A stretch of DNA of 64,000 bases from Treponemataceae bacterium. Its GTDB lineage: Bacteria; Spirochaetota; Spirochaetia; Treponematales; Rectinemataceae. Of this stretch, positions 50,812-61,384 are shown one piece after another. The position numbers and the translations under genes are program-made. The notes beneath the pieces were generated by a model. It saw only the letters and a program-made list of their open reading frames with translations. It ran no database searches and was not told the DNA's origin. The stretch covers positions 128,001 through 192,000 of the forward strand of contig CAXXGJ010000018.1 in assembly GCA_963677895.2 (NCBI GenBank), in the 5' to 3' direction. How positions within the stretch are numbered: position 1 is the first letter of the stretch; every line of letters starts with the position of its first letter.

Positions 50812-52046
50812 GTGTTCGTTCTCCGTCGGGCGCTGAAGCGGTTGCGCAGGATTATGGCCGTCGCGTTGAGGGTCAGAAGAAGGACGAGGAGGACGAGGAT
50901 CGCCGCGGCGGCGAGGTTCTTGAACTCCCCCTGGGGTCGGGAGGTCCACTGGTAGATCTGTATGGGAAGGGTGGTGAAACGCGAGAAAGGACTCACCGGA
51001 TCGATCGTGAGGAAGGTGGAAGCGCCCACCACGACGAGAGGAGCCGTTTCGCCGAGGGCGCGGGAGATGGCGAGGACGGTGCCCGTGAGGATCCTGTCGG
51101 CGCTGGCGGGCAGGACATGGTGCCAGATCGTCTGCCATTTTGTGGCGCCCAGGGCGAGCCCGGCCTTCCTCAGGGATTGGGGCACGGCGCGCAGGGCTTC
51201 CTGCGAGTTGATGATGATCACCGGCAGGACGAGGAGGGCGAGGGTGAGGGAGGCCGAAAGGATGGTCCGCCCGCTCGCGGCGCCTTTTTCGGCCGCGCCG
51301 AAGAGGACGCCCGAGGTCAGCGGCTCGAGCCAGCGCACGAAGACGGCCAGGCCCAGCATGCCGTAGATGATCGAGGGCACCCCGGACAGGTTATAAATGT
51401 TGAGCTGTATAAAGCGATTTACCGCGTTGTCGGCGGCATATTCCTCCAGCCAAATCGCCGCGGCCACGCCGAGGGGAAAGGCGATGAGGAGGGTGAGGAG
51501 AATCGTGGCCAGGGAGCCGATCGCCGCGCCGCGCAGGCCCGAGTCCAGCGCCGAACTCGACTGGGGATTCGTGAGGAGGCTGGCCCGCAGCCAGGAGCGG
51601 AAATACAGCCTTCCGTCGGGAAAATCGCTGTCCCTGAAATCAAATATGGCTTTGCGCTGGAAGACGCTCTGCGCGAGGGTCCAGGTCCGCGCTGGTCTTT
51701 CCTGGACGATTTCCGTCATCACGAGGCCGAGCAGTTCCTCCCTGCTTCTGGATTCCAGGGGCTTGGCTTCTTCCAGCGTGGCAAGATGACGGCGGGTGAG
51801 CCCTTCCTTGAGCGTCCCGATGAGGGCGGGGGCTTCCTGGCTTTCCAGGGCGACGCCCTCCCTGGCCAGGCTCGCGGGATCGACTTCCGACGTTACGAGG
51901 ACATAGCCGAAGCTCTGCGAGATGATCGAAAGCACGAGGATGACGAGAAAGAGGACGGAAATCGCCGTGGCGACGAGAAAGGCCGTGCCCCAGCGCGCCG
52001 CCTTGGCTTTCCGCGCGCCCAGGTTTTCCGCATGCACGCCGTTCAT
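50808..52046 (-). CDS. pstA: Phosphate ABC transporter permease
   Basis: [21 protein letters not shown]. Confidence 0.94.
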   Translation of the reverse strand: MNGVHAENLGARKAKAARWGTAFLVATAISVLFLVILVLSIISQSFGYVLVTSEVDPASLAREGVALESQEAPALIGTLKEGLTRRHLATLEEAKPLESRSREELLGLVMTEIVQERPARTWTLAQSVFQRKAIFDFRDSDFPDGRLYFRSWLRASLLTNPQSSSALDSGLRGAAIGSLATILLTLLIAFPLGVAAAIWLEEYAADNAVNRFIQLNIYNLSGVPSIIYGMLGLAVFVRWLEPLTSGVLFGAAEKGAASGRTILSASLTLALLVLPVIIINSQEALRAVPQSLRKAGLALGATKWQTIWHHVLPASADRILTGTVLAISRALGETAPLVVVGASTFLTIDPVSPFSRFTTLPIQIYQWTSRPQGEFKNLAAAAILVLLVLLLTLNATAIILRNRFSARRRTNT

Positions 52047-52957
52047 TCGTATACCTCCCTGCGCTTGCCCACGATGCGGCGGGAGATGATATTGAGGATC
52101 ATCGTGATGACGAAGAGGGTGGCGGCTATGGCGAAAAGGCTCGAATAGTCGATGGTATCGTAGGAGAGATCGCCGCCCGATATCCTGACGATATGGCCCG
52201 TCATGGTTTCAGCCGACTTAAGCGGATTCAAGGTGAGGTTGGGGCCGGCCCCGGCGGCGAGGGCGACGATCATCGTCTCGCCCACTGCCCTCGAGAGGCC
52301 GAGGATAAAGGCCGCCGCGAGGCCCGAGAAGGCGGCGGGGACGACCACCTGGGTCGTCACTTCCAGCTTGGTGGCGCCGGTGGCATAGGCGGCTTCCCTC
52401 ATCGTGCGCGGCACGGCGGAGAGGGCGTCCTCGCACATCGAGGCTATGAGGGGAAGGATGAGGATGCCCATCACAAGTCCCGCCGAAAGCATGTTGTAGA
52501 CCTGCAGACGGTCCTGCCCGATCATGCCGCGCAGGAGGGGCGTCACCGTCGATAGCGCGAAATAGCCGTAGACCACGGTGGGTATGCCGGCGAGCACCTC
52601 GAGGGCCGGTTTCAGGAACTGCCGGACGCCCCAGGGAGCGTATTCCGAAAGATAGACAGCCACCATGAGGCCGAGGGGGAGGGCTACAGCCATGGCGATG
52701 AGACTCGTCACGAGGGTGGCCGACGCCAGGGGGAGGATGCCGAATTTTCCTATGGCGGGCTGCCAGAGGCCGCCCGTGAGGAACTCGACGATGGACACTT
52801 CCTTGAAGAAGGAGAAGGTTTCTTTGCCCAGGATGAGGACGATGCCCGCTGTCGTGAGAATGGAAAAGGCAGCGCAGGAAAAGAGGAAGGCCTTGATGAC
52901 GGCCTCGCCCGGCCTGGGAGGCCGGGCGAGGCCGCGTGCCGGAAAGACTTCAGTCAT
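52043..52957 (-). CDS. pstC: Phosphate ABC transporter permease
   Basis: YLSEY, LAGIPTVVYG, RAVGETM. Confidence 0.94.
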   Translation of the reverse strand: MTEVFPARGLARPPRPGEAVIKAFLFSCAAFSILTTAGIVLILGKETFSFFKEVSIVEFLTGGLWQPAIGKFGILPLASATLVTSLIAMAVALPLGLMVAVYLSEYAPWGVRQFLKPALEVLAGIPTVVYGYFALSTVTPLLRGMIGQDRLQVYNMLSAGLVMGILILPLIASMCEDALSAVPRTMREAAYATGATKLEVTTQVVVPAAFSGLAAAFILGLSRAVGETMIVALAAGAGPNLTLNPLKSAETMTGHIVRISGGDLSYDTIDYSSLFAIAATLFVITMILNIISRRIVGKRREVYE

Positions 52958-53937
52958 CAGTACCGGCCTTTCATGGCCGCCGCGAGTGCGCTCTTGGAGG
53001 CTTTCATGGCCGCGGCGGGGGCGGGGAAGTACCCTACCTTCACGATCAGGTCGTTCACGTAGGTGAGATAGTAGGTGAGATAGGCGGCGACCTGGGGTTT
53101 TTCCTGGATGATCCGCGCGTCTGAGTAGAGGAAGAGAGGGCGGGAGAGGGGATAGGTCCCCGCGTCCACCGTCTCGCCCGAGGGCGCGATCGAATTGACC
53201 GCGAGCGCCTTGAGTTTGCCTCTGTTTTCGACGTAGTAGGCGAATCCGAAGTATCCCACCGCGTACTCGTCACCCGCCACCCCCTGCACGAGGACGTTGT
53301 CGTCTTCGGAGAGCTGGAGGTTCTTGGCGCTGAGAAGTGGTTCCTTCTTGGTCTTGAAAACATGTTCGACGAAGTAGTCGAAGGTGCCCGAATCGGTGCC
53401 GGGCGAGAAACGCTTCACTTCCTTCCTGGGCCAGGTCGAGCGGACGTCGGACCAGTAGGTCGCCGTCGAGAAGAGCTTGCCCAGCTCATCCACCGTGATG
53501 TCCTTCGCGAAGCTATTTTTCGAGCTCACGACGACGGCCAAGGCATCGGTTCCTACGCGGAACTCGATGGGTGTCCTTGGGGTCGCGAGCTTGGCGGCGG
53601 ATTCTTTTTCACTCGATTTTATGGCGCGGGAAGCGTTGGCGATGTCGGTTTCGCCCGCCTTGGCCCAGCGCTCGAAGCCGGCGCCCGATCCTATGGAGTC
53701 GATCGTCACCTGGCCGGCGAAGCCTTCCTTGGCGAAGCGCTCGGCGATGGCTTCCGAAAGCGGGAATACTGTCGATGAACCCGCGGTGATGATCGAGCCC
53801 GTCACTTTCGCCGGATTGACGCCGGGCAGGATGCCGTCCTTGTCGTCGGAGATCGTATCGACCCAGGCGAATTTGGCCTGAGCGAAGGCAAGCGTCGCGA
53901 TAAGAACGAACAACGCAGCTAAAAGCTTTTTCTTCAT
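52957..53937 (-). CDS. pstS: Phosphate ABC transporter substrate-binding protein
   Basis: AGSSTV, GSGAG, DIANASR, SGTFDYF, YPLSRPLF; SD GGAGG. Confidence 0.94.
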   Translation of the reverse strand: MKKKLLAALFVLIATLAFAQAKFAWVDTISDDKDGILPGVNPAKVTGSIITAGSSTVFPLSEAIAERFAKEGFAGQVTIDSIGSGAGFERWAKAGETDIANASRAIKSSEKESAAKLATPRTPIEFRVGTDALAVVVSSKNSFAKDITVDELGKLFSTATYWSDVRSTWPRKEVKRFSPGTDSGTFDYFVEHVFKTKKEPLLSAKNLQLSEDDNVLVQGVAGDEYAVGYFGFAYYVENRGKLKALAVNSIAPSGETVDAGTYPLSRPLFLYSDARIIQEKPQVAAYLTYYLTYVNDLIVKVGYFPAPAAAMKASKSALAAAMKGRY

Positions 53938-54027
53938 CGGTTCCTCCATAAGCCTTGATGCGCCAGATTCGCGGATGGACTCTTTTGGGCTCCATCCGGT
54001 CTGACAGGCATAAAAATAGAGGAGAAT

Positions 54028-54066
54028 CATGAAGTATTCGGTAGGAGAATGTTAAAAATCCGTTAA
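54028..54066 (-). promoter_or_regulatory. Pho-box-like 11-bp-period direct repeats upstream of pstS
   Basis: Minus strand TTAACG-N5-TTAACA-N5-CTACCG-N5-TTCATG. Confidence 0.6.
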
Positions 54067-54350
54067 TTGCGCAGCCCCGGCCAATTCCATATTCGCGGCG
54101 ATCTGCCTTATCTACCTGAAAAATACGGACATAGGCAAGGCACTTTGTCAGGAATGGAGCTTGCCAAGATTGTGAACAAGCTTAATAATCGACCAAGGGA
54201 ATTGTGTGGCTAATTGAATACGCGAGCAGCTTTTTGGTATTTTCTCGAAATTCTGACTAATTCCCGAGGGTTGTCGATGAGTGACAACGAACTATTTGAT
54301 AGCATTTTTTAAATGGTGGTGTGGTGTATGATTGTAAAGGCTGGCGATAT

Positions 54351-55415
54351 ATGACGATAAAAAAAATAGCAGAAAAAGCTAATGTATCAGCGGGAACAGT
54401 TGACCGAGTTATTAACAATAGAGGATACGTCAATTCCCAGAAACGGGCACTGATCGAGAAGATCATCAAAGACACTGGGTATAAGCCAAACCTCCATGCT
54501 CGTAACCTTAAGTTAAACCAAGTGATAACGATCGGATTTCTCACCCCGCTCATTGCTTCTGAAGATGGATATTGGGATATGGTTCATCAAGGAGTCCTTA
54601 AAGCAAAAGAGGATCTAGTTGATGTTTCTTTTATAGTAGAAACCTTTGAATACGATAGGAGAATTCCTTCTTCATTTACTACGGCTGCAGAAGAAATGGT
54701 GAAGTCAGGGGTCAAAGGATGCGTAATTATCCCGAAATGTGTCTCAGAGGCAATTGCATTCGTTAATGCGCATCCTGAGCTGAAAATAGTGCTGGTAGAT
54801 TCAGCATTACCAGATGTTAATTCTGTCATTTGTATGATCGGGCAAAATGCATATTTAGGGGGACTCCTTGCGGGGAGGATTCTCTCTCTTCTCCAACCGA
54901 ATGCAAAAACGCTTTTAACGTTCAGTTTCATGAATTCTACAATTTCTAAAGAACGGATTCGCGGTTTTAAGCAATATTTCTCACTGAACAATTCATGTGA
55001 AATTTTGGATTTGGCTATCGACTCAACGCAGAGTATCCCTGCGGCTATTCAACAAGCTTATCGTGATCATCCTTATATTGATGGGATTTTTAGCCCCTGT
55101 TCTGCCGGGTATCTAGTCGGAACCGAAGTAGTAAACCTTGGTCACAAAGAAAAAACCAAAATTGTCACCTATGACCTGATTCCAAAAAACAAAGTTGCCC
55201 TTCGGAATGGGTATGTCGATTGCATCCTTTCCCAGCGTCCTATTTTTCAAGGATATTCCGGAGTCTTTCAACTGTATCGATATTTAGTTAAGCAACAAGC
55301 AATAGATCAAGAAATGAAAATCCAGGTGGATATAATTTTTCAGGAAAATATTCCGGATGATTTTGATGATAAAGCTATAAGCAAACTCAATTCATATTGT
55401 GTACCCTATAGATAA
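54351..55415 (+). CDS. LacI family transcriptional regulator
   Basis: TIKKIAEKANVSAGTVDRVINNR HTH, YKPNLHAR hinge. Confidence 0.93.
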   Translation: MTIKKIAEKANVSAGTVDRVINNRGYVNSQKRALIEKIIKDTGYKPNLHARNLKLNQVITIGFLTPLIASEDGYWDMVHQGVLKAKEDLVDVSFIVETFEYDRRIPSSFTTAAEEMVKSGVKGCVIIPKCVSEAIAFVNAHPELKIVLVDSALPDVNSVICMIGQNAYLGGLLAGRILSLLQPNAKTLLTFSFMNSTISKERIRGFKQYFSLNNSCEILDLAIDSTQSIPAAIQQAYRDHPYIDGIFSPCSAGYLVGTEVVNLGHKEKTKIVTYDLIPKNKVALRNGYVDCILSQRPIFQGYSGVFQLYRYLVKQQAIDQEMKIQVDIIFQENIPDDFDDKAISKLNSYCVPYR

Positions 55416-55561
55416 TCAATATTTTGACTGAAGGCACTGCCCATCGATAAATATATAACCTAAATGTAGAATCTTGAACGATAAGCGATAAGCGCTTCGG
55501 GAATTTTTTCAACTGAACAACATTTTTTCTTTACAAATCATGAAAATGAGGGAATAATTAG

Positions 55562-55585
55562 AAATGTGTTAACGAACACACATTT
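55562..55585 (+). promoter_or_regulatory. Putative LacI operator downstream of the ulaG-like promoter
   Basis: Palindrome AAATGTGTT-AACG-AACACACATTT just after TTTACA-N17-AATAAT. Confidence 0.65.
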
Positions 55586-55614
55586 GAAGTTGCATAATAA
55601 AGGAGATATTCAGG

Positions 55615-56694
55615 ATGTCTGAGAAGGTAGAGCTTGAACGCTTGGAAAACACAATACCAACAAGTGCCGGGTCAGGTGTTGTCAGGAAGATGACAAGGGA
55701 GATATGGCTTGAGGAGTGTTTCCCGGAGTGGCATCAGATGCTGAACCTACAAATAGAGAAAGCTACATTCCCTGAAGGATCGTTTGGATTGTGGATGTTG
55801 GGTGGGCCTTCTTGGGCGTACAAATCCTCAGGTGGCGCGACATTCTTGATTGATAACTATTCCGGCTCCTCCTTGAACAGTGAATATCACTACTGTGGAG
55901 TATGTAGAACAAGCGGTGCGCCTTTCCTGAGTTGGATTCGGACCAATCCACACGTCATCGATCCATGGAGATTTAAGAATTTGGATATGGTTTTTGCAAC
56001 CCATCATCATCAAGATCATGCTGATTTCTATACCGTAATGGCAACCCTCGACACTACAACCTGCAAATATGTGGGGCCGAAAAACACCTGTACCCTCTTC
56101 AGAAAGTGGGGAGTGCCAGAAAATCGTATTATTGAAGTGAAACCCGGAGATACCTTCATCGTCAAAGATACCAAGGTCATCGTAGAAAAAAACTATGACA
56201 GCATGGCTTGCATGACTGGGGATTATAAACCGGGCCAACCTTGGGATTTTGATGTGAATGCGGTGTCCTTCATATTTGATACCGGTGAAAACTCGGTTTG
56301 CTTTCTCGGCGACACCTTGTTCCATGATGGATATAAGGCTGTCGGAGACCGCAATAAGATTGATATCGCGATTATGGACATGGGCCATAATGCCCCGGGT
56401 GCGACAGACAAGATGAATCCTTGGGACGTCATGAGAGTTGCCCAAAACCTTAACGCGAAAGTAGTTATCCCCGACCATTACGAGAACTGGGCAAGCAGCG
56501 AGATTGATCCTCAGGAATTGGCTAGGATAGTCAATTCTAACGATCCGAAGCTGAAAGTATGCATCATGAAACATGGCGGATGCTATGTGTATCCGCAGGA
56601 TAAAGATATGTCAGAGTATAAGTATCCCGATTGGCGTGAACGTTATTCCTGGGAAAAAAGCTTCGTCTATGGGTACGGAAAACAGGGAAAATGA
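55615..56694 (+). CDS. ulaG: UlaG-like metallo-beta-lactamase-fold lactonase (L-ascorbate-6-P lactonase family)
   Basis: TREIWLEECFPEW, THHHQDH, DKMNPWDVMRVAQNLNAKVVIPDH resemble E. coli UlaG. Confidence 0.75.
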   Translation: MSEKVELERLENTIPTSAGSGVVRKMTREIWLEECFPEWHQMLNLQIEKATFPEGSFGLWMLGGPSWAYKSSGGATFLIDNYSGSSLNSEYHYCGVCRTSGAPFLSWIRTNPHVIDPWRFKNLDMVFATHHHQDHADFYTVMATLDTTTCKYVGPKNTCTLFRKWGVPENRIIEVKPGDTFIVKDTKVIVEKNYDSMACMTGDYKPGQPWDFDVNAVSFIFDTGENSVCFLGDTLFHDGYKAVGDRNKIDIAIMDMGHNAPGATDKMNPWDVMRVAQNLNAKVVIPDHYENWASSEIDPQELARIVNSNDPKLKVCIMKHGGCYVYPQDKDMSEYKYPDWRERYSWEKSFVYGYGKQGK

Positions 56695-56734
56695 GTAAAT
56701 TCCGGGAAACCGGAAAAAATAAAAGGAGAGAGGT

Positions 56735-57844
56735 ATGAAAAGAAGACTTTTGAGCATTGCGCTTCTAACGGTTGCTCTTTGTTGCGTATCTGCACAAGGA
56801 AGCAAAAAATCCGCCCTTCCAAAATTTAAGGATCCTTCTATAACCAAACCGACATCTATCAATGCATATCCGGTTGACGGCTTGGCTTGGAGTGTTACTA
56901 CTACCGTCAAAGCCAAAACCAATTATTCCATCGCCATGATAGTAAAGAACAATACTAATCCTTTTATGAATGGCGTATTAGGGGGATTTAAAAAGGCTGG
57001 TACAGATATGGGATTTACCCCATTGCTGCTTTCTCCGGCAACTGCGGATAGTAATGAAGAGCAGTCCAGACTTGTTGACGACATGATTCAAAGAGGCGTG
57101 GACGCCATCTGCATCCATCCGGTTGATTCCAATGGTATTGTGCCGGCGCTAGAAAGAGCGTGGGAGGCAGGCATTCCTGTTCTTGTACAGGGGACCAAAG
57201 CTAATACTAATCAAATTTTTGGTTGGTATGGCACCAAATATTATGATCAGGGAATCATGATTGCTGAATATATTGCTAAGGCGCTCAAATATGCCGGAAA
57301 TGTTATTTATCTTCCTGGTCCGCCTCAAGCACAGAATTCCCAAGATAGGACGAAAGCTATTCATGATGTATTTGCTAAATACCCTAAAATAAAGATCATA
57401 GCTGAGCAGCCTTCGAATTTTCAGCGTGCGGAAGGAATGAATGTCACGGAAAACCTTCTACAGAAATTTCGAGAAGATGAGATCGATTGTATAATTGGTT
57501 CAAACGATGAGGCAGCGATGGGTGCCATTATGGCGCTTCAGGGTGCTGGATATAAAGTCGGCCTGCAGAATGGTGGCATCATGGTTTCCGGATTTGACTG
57601 CAATAAAGATGCTTCGTACGCGATCCAGAAAGGTTTGCTAGATGTTTCCATCAATCCTGATCCGGTTTCCCTCGGATATATTGGGGCAGTATTTTTAGTT
57701 CAGTACTTGAATGATGGCAAACTTTTTCCAAGCAGCTTTGTAGACTGGCCAAACCTGAATCTTGTTTCCGGCGTGATTGTTGATCATACGAACATCGACA
57801 AGTATATCAACACTTTAGCTTGGTGGAAGACTCCAGCAAAATAA
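56735..57844 (+). CDS. Monosaccharide ABC transporter substrate-binding protein (RbsB-like)
   Basis: NPFM, IHPVDS, SNDEAAMGA, SGFD; signal peptide. Confidence 0.9.
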   Translation: MKRRLLSIALLTVALCCVSAQGSKKSALPKFKDPSITKPTSINAYPVDGLAWSVTTTVKAKTNYSIAMIVKNNTNPFMNGVLGGFKKAGTDMGFTPLLLSPATADSNEEQSRLVDDMIQRGVDAICIHPVDSNGIVPALERAWEAGIPVLVQGTKANTNQIFGWYGTKYYDQGIMIAEYIAKALKYAGNVIYLPGPPQAQNSQDRTKAIHDVFAKYPKIKIIAEQPSNFQRAEGMNVTENLLQKFREDEIDCIIGSNDEAAMGAIMALQGAGYKVGLQNGGIMVSGFDCNKDASYAIQKGLLDVSINPDPVSLGYIGAVFLVQYLNDGKLFPSSFVDWPNLNLVSGVIVDHTNIDKYINTLAWWKTPAK

Positions 57845-57863
57845 CGTTACGACGCAGAAATAA

Positions 57864-57910
57864 TAGGAACTATCGCATCAATTTTACTCCTTATGCGATA
57901 GTTCCTTTTT
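57864..57910 (+). terminator. Stem-loop after the islet SBP gene
   Basis: AGGAACTATCGCAT...ATGCGATAGTTCCT followed by TTTT. Confidence 0.7.
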
Positions 57911-57925
57911 ATAATCAGTGGAGGA

Positions 57926-59437
57926 ATGATGAATCCCATTGTCAAGCTGGAACAGATTAGCAAAGCTTTCCCGGGAGTCAAGGCTCTATCAGATATCAAT
58001 GTTTCATTTTATCCTGGGGAAATACATGCCCTCGTCGGTGAGAATGGGGCAGGAAAATCCACACTCATAAAGATTATATTAGGTGCATACAATCCTACCG
58101 ATGGAAAGGTGTTTTTTCAGGGAAACGAACAGCGGATCCGAACTCCTAGGAATGCATCAGAATTGGGTATTGAGGGGGTGCATCAGGAGCTGATGTTAAT
58201 ACCTTGGCTAAGCGTTGCCCAGAATATTTTCCTCAATAGGGAAATTCGCAATCCCATCACCAAGCTGTTCGAAAAACGCAAGATGGAAGAAATCAGTACT
58301 AAGCTTTTAGCCGACTTTGGAATCCATATCGATTCATCCAAACCTGTAAAAGCCTACAGCGCCTCTATCTGGAAAATGATCGATATTATTCGGGTAATTA
58401 ACCTAAATCCAAAGGTTATTATTTTCGATGAACCCACGGCTATCCTCACAGAACGTGAGGTGGATGCATTATTTAAAAAAATTCTGGAGCTCAAAAAGAA
58501 AGGCATCGCAATAATCTATATATCTCATCGATTGAAAGAGATCAATCAGATAGCCGATCGCATTACAATTCTACGCGATGGGCATTTGATCAAAACAGCT
58601 GGAATTAATGAATTAACTGAAGATGATATCGTCAAATATATGGTGGGAAGAGATGTGTCTAATTATTATTCCAGGAATATTGCTCCTAAGGGAGAAGAAC
58701 TGGTCCGTTTTGAGAATGCCACATTAAAAAAAGGTCAAATGAATATCTCCCTTGTCGTGCATCGAGGAGAAATCGTTGGACTTGCCGGTTTAGTAGGATC
58801 AGGAAGAACAGAAGTAGGTGAAGCGATATTGGGGATGAATAAAATCATATCCGGAAATTTGTATTATAAAGGGAAAAAGATCATTCCTAAATCTCCGAAA
58901 GAAATGATTGAAAAGGGAATGTTCCTGGTTCCGGAAAATCGAAAGTATGAAGGTTTGATACTTCGTTTTTCCGTAGCGGAAAACTTAGGCTTAAGCGTTT
59001 TTAAAAACTGGTCTAAATTCTTCTATAACAAAAAAAAAGAAGCAGAAGTAGGTAGTAGATTGATCCAAGTTCTTTCCATAAAAACTCCTTCCCAAAGGCA
59101 ACTTATCAGAAACCTGTCTGGAGGTAATCAACAGAAAGTGGTTATTGGTAAAGCTCTGGAGACAGAATCGGAATTTCTAATTTTTGATGAACCTTCTGTA
59201 GGCGTGGATGTCGGGGCCAAAGAGGAAATCCATAATCTCATGGATCGAATCGTGAATAAAGGGGATGGGATATTGATGATTTCCAGTGATTTGCCCGAGG
59301 TGATTGGAATGAGTGATCGGGTGTATATCATGTACGAAGGCAAGATTGTAAAAGAGCTGGCTCGAAGCCAGTTGTCTGATAAAAATATAGCTGACTATAT
59401 GCTGGGTTCAAAGAAGGAGGAAGAATCCAATGCCTGA
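57926..59437 (+). CDS. Monosaccharide ABC transporter ATP-binding protein (RbsA-like, two NBDs)
   Basis: GENGAGKST, DEPT, LSGGNQQK, DEPSVGVDVGAK. Confidence 0.95.
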   Translation: MMNPIVKLEQISKAFPGVKALSDINVSFYPGEIHALVGENGAGKSTLIKIILGAYNPTDGKVFFQGNEQRIRTPRNASELGIEGVHQELMLIPWLSVAQNIFLNREIRNPITKLFEKRKMEEISTKLLADFGIHIDSSKPVKAYSASIWKMIDIIRVINLNPKVIIFDEPTAILTEREVDALFKKILELKKKGIAIIYISHRLKEINQIADRITILRDGHLIKTAGINELTEDDIVKYMVGRDVSNYYSRNIAPKGEELVRFENATLKKGQMNISLVVHRGEIVGLAGLVGSGRTEVGEAILGMNKIISGNLYYKGKKIIPKSPKEMIEKGMFLVPENRKYEGLILRFSVAENLGLSVFKNWSKFFYNKKKEAEVGSRLIQVLSIKTPSQRQLIRNLSGGNQQKVVIGKALETESEFLIFDEPSVGVDVGAKEEIHNLMDRIVNKGDGILMISSDLPEVIGMSDRVYIMYEGKIVKELARSQLSDKNIADYMLGSKKEEESNA

Positions 59438-60383
59438 TATAGAAATTCATAAAATAAGACGGAATTTGAAAAGTATTCCTCCTGTAATCTGGATGCTCCT
59501 GAGCATAATAATAATCTTCTCAATAACGGGAAAGAATTTTCTTTCCTATCGGAACCTGCTCAATTTATTAAAACAGGCATCTCCATTTCTTATACTCGCA
59601 ATTGGAGAGACCATGGCAATTCTAGTGGGTGGAATAGATTTATCCATCGGTTTTGTCATGTCGTTCTCCAGTGTCATCGTAGCGCTGTCGATGCAAGCCG
59701 GGGTGCCAGTTCTACCAGCTATATTGCTTGGAATATTCACCGGAGGCTTATGTGGATTAGTCAATGGTGTTGTGGTTGCCAAATGGAAAGTCCCTTACTT
59801 CATCGCTACCTACGGTATGGGCAGTATCGTGTTGGGATTTGGTTCATTGTTGACTGGCGGTGTATCTGTTCCTGCGCTAGATCGAGGGTTTCGATTTATT
59901 TCTGACGGGAATGTTCTGAGCATTCCTATGGTTTTAATAATAGCGATTTCAGTATTCTTTTTTGCTAAGCTCCTGATCGGAAAAACCTCCTACGGAATTA
60001 ATATGTATGGTTTAGGCGGAAATCGAGAAGCCCTGTTTCTTTCAGGGGTGAATATTGTTAAAGCAGAAACCTTGGTATTCACTTTTATAGGACTGCTGGC
60101 TGGTCTCTCCGGTGTGATTTTCGCGGCTCGTTCTGCTTCCGGGCATCCTTCCTATGGTGTCGGTTGGGAATTTGATTCTGTTGCTGCGACAATAATTGGA
60201 GGGAACTCCTTTTCTGAGGGCAAAGGAAATATAAATAAAACCGTATTGGGAGTGTTTTTTATTCAAATCTTAAAAAATGGTCTTAACATTTCCGGTGTCT
60301 CCCCGCAAATTCAATCATTTTTGGTCGGATCTGTTGTAGTTATCGCAATCTCTGCGGACGTCATGATTAAAAACCGGGAATGA
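59430..60383 (+). CDS. Monosaccharide ABC transporter permease (RbsC-like)
   Basis: GGIDLSIG, GGNREALFLSGV, AATIIGG. Confidence 0.93.
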   Translation: MPDIEIHKIRRNLKSIPPVIWMLLSIIIIFSITGKNFLSYRNLLNLLKQASPFLILAIGETMAILVGGIDLSIGFVMSFSSVIVALSMQAGVPVLPAILLGIFTGGLCGLVNGVVVAKWKVPYFIATYGMGSIVLGFGSLLTGGVSVPALDRGFRFISDGNVLSIPMVLIIAISVFFFAKLLIGKTSYGINMYGLGGNREALFLSGVNIVKAETLVFTFIGLLAGLSGVIFAARSASGHPSYGVGWEFDSVAATIIGGNSFSEGKGNINKTVLGVFFIQILKNGLNISGVSPQIQSFLVGSVVVIAISADVMIKNRE

Positions 60384-60397
60384 AGAGGGGTAAGAAT

Positions 60398-61372
60398 ATG
60401 AAACGAAAAACAATATACCAATATTTTTTCGAGAATGGATTTTATAGAATCAGCATCCTTCTCCTCATGTGTTTTATTTTGGCGATACTGAATAAAAATT
60501 TTTTTACAGTTTCCAATCTTATGAATATTGCTAGGCAAGCTTCAATCTTGGCGATATTAGCTATCGGTGCTACTGGTACGATACTGACAAAAGGGATTGA
60601 TCTATCCCTTGCCGGCGTAATGTCACTTTCCGGTTGTATATGCGGCTTTTTCCTTACTAAGGGATACCCAGTGCCTTTAGCTATTTCGTTAGCAATTCTT
60701 GTAGGTGCTTTTTTTGGTTTCATCAATGGATTTCTCGTTGCCATCATTAAAATTCCAGCGTTTGTCTCTACATATGGAGTCCGTTATATTGCAAATGGTT
60801 TCGCGCTTATATTAATGGGATCAAATATTTTTTTTGGATTTCCCGAGTCATTTCAATTTCTTGGAGTCGGATTTATCGGAGTTGTTCCTGCTTTAGTTGC
60901 ATGGGCTCTTCTCGTAGCCGTAGTTCTATATGTGGTTTTACAGAAGAGCAAATTTGGGAAACAAGTTTATAGTATCGGTGCTAACGCAAAGACCGCCTAC
61001 TATTCAGGGATCCCGACTATAAGCACTTATTTCACCGTATACATAGTCAGCTCGATTTGTGCAGCAGTCGCAGGCATTCTCCAAGCATCACGAATGAATG
61101 CTGCCCAGGCCGGGATGGGAGATACATTCCAGATGCTTGCAGTCGCATCCATTGTAATGGGTGGCACATCAATGGCTGGAGGGGAGGGGAATGTCGCTGG
61201 GGGCTTGCTCGGAGCAGTAATACTTACACTTATCGTTAATGGCATGAATCTACTGAATGTACCGGCTTTAGCACAACCTTTAGTCACCGGTATTGTCATC
61301 ATCTCGACGGTACTCTTGGATGTACAGATCAAACGTATCGAATCAGACCGTCCCGTGTTAATAATCGCTTGA
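60398..61372 (+). CDS. Monosaccharide ABC transporter permease (RbsC-like)
   Basis: GIDLS, GANAKTAYYSGI, ASIVMGGTSMAGGEG. Confidence 0.93.
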   Translation: MKRKTIYQYFFENGFYRISILLLMCFILAILNKNFFTVSNLMNIARQASILAILAIGATGTILTKGIDLSLAGVMSLSGCICGFFLTKGYPVPLAISLAILVGAFFGFINGFLVAIIKIPAFVSTYGVRYIANGFALILMGSNIFFGFPESFQFLGVGFIGVVPALVAWALLVAVVLYVVLQKSKFGKQVYSIGANAKTAYYSGIPTISTYFTVYIVSSICAAVAGILQASRMNAAQAGMGDTFQMLAVASIVMGGTSMAGGEGNVAGGLLGAVILTLIVNGMNLLNVPALAQPLVTGIVIISTVLLDVQIKRIESDRPVLIIA

Positions 61373-61384
61373 AGGAGCATTCTG

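Noticed and set aside
50812..51138. N-terminal extension of pstB in the ORF track
   Set aside because: It overlaps pstA in another frame; the real start is the GTG at 50811, coupled to the pstA stop.
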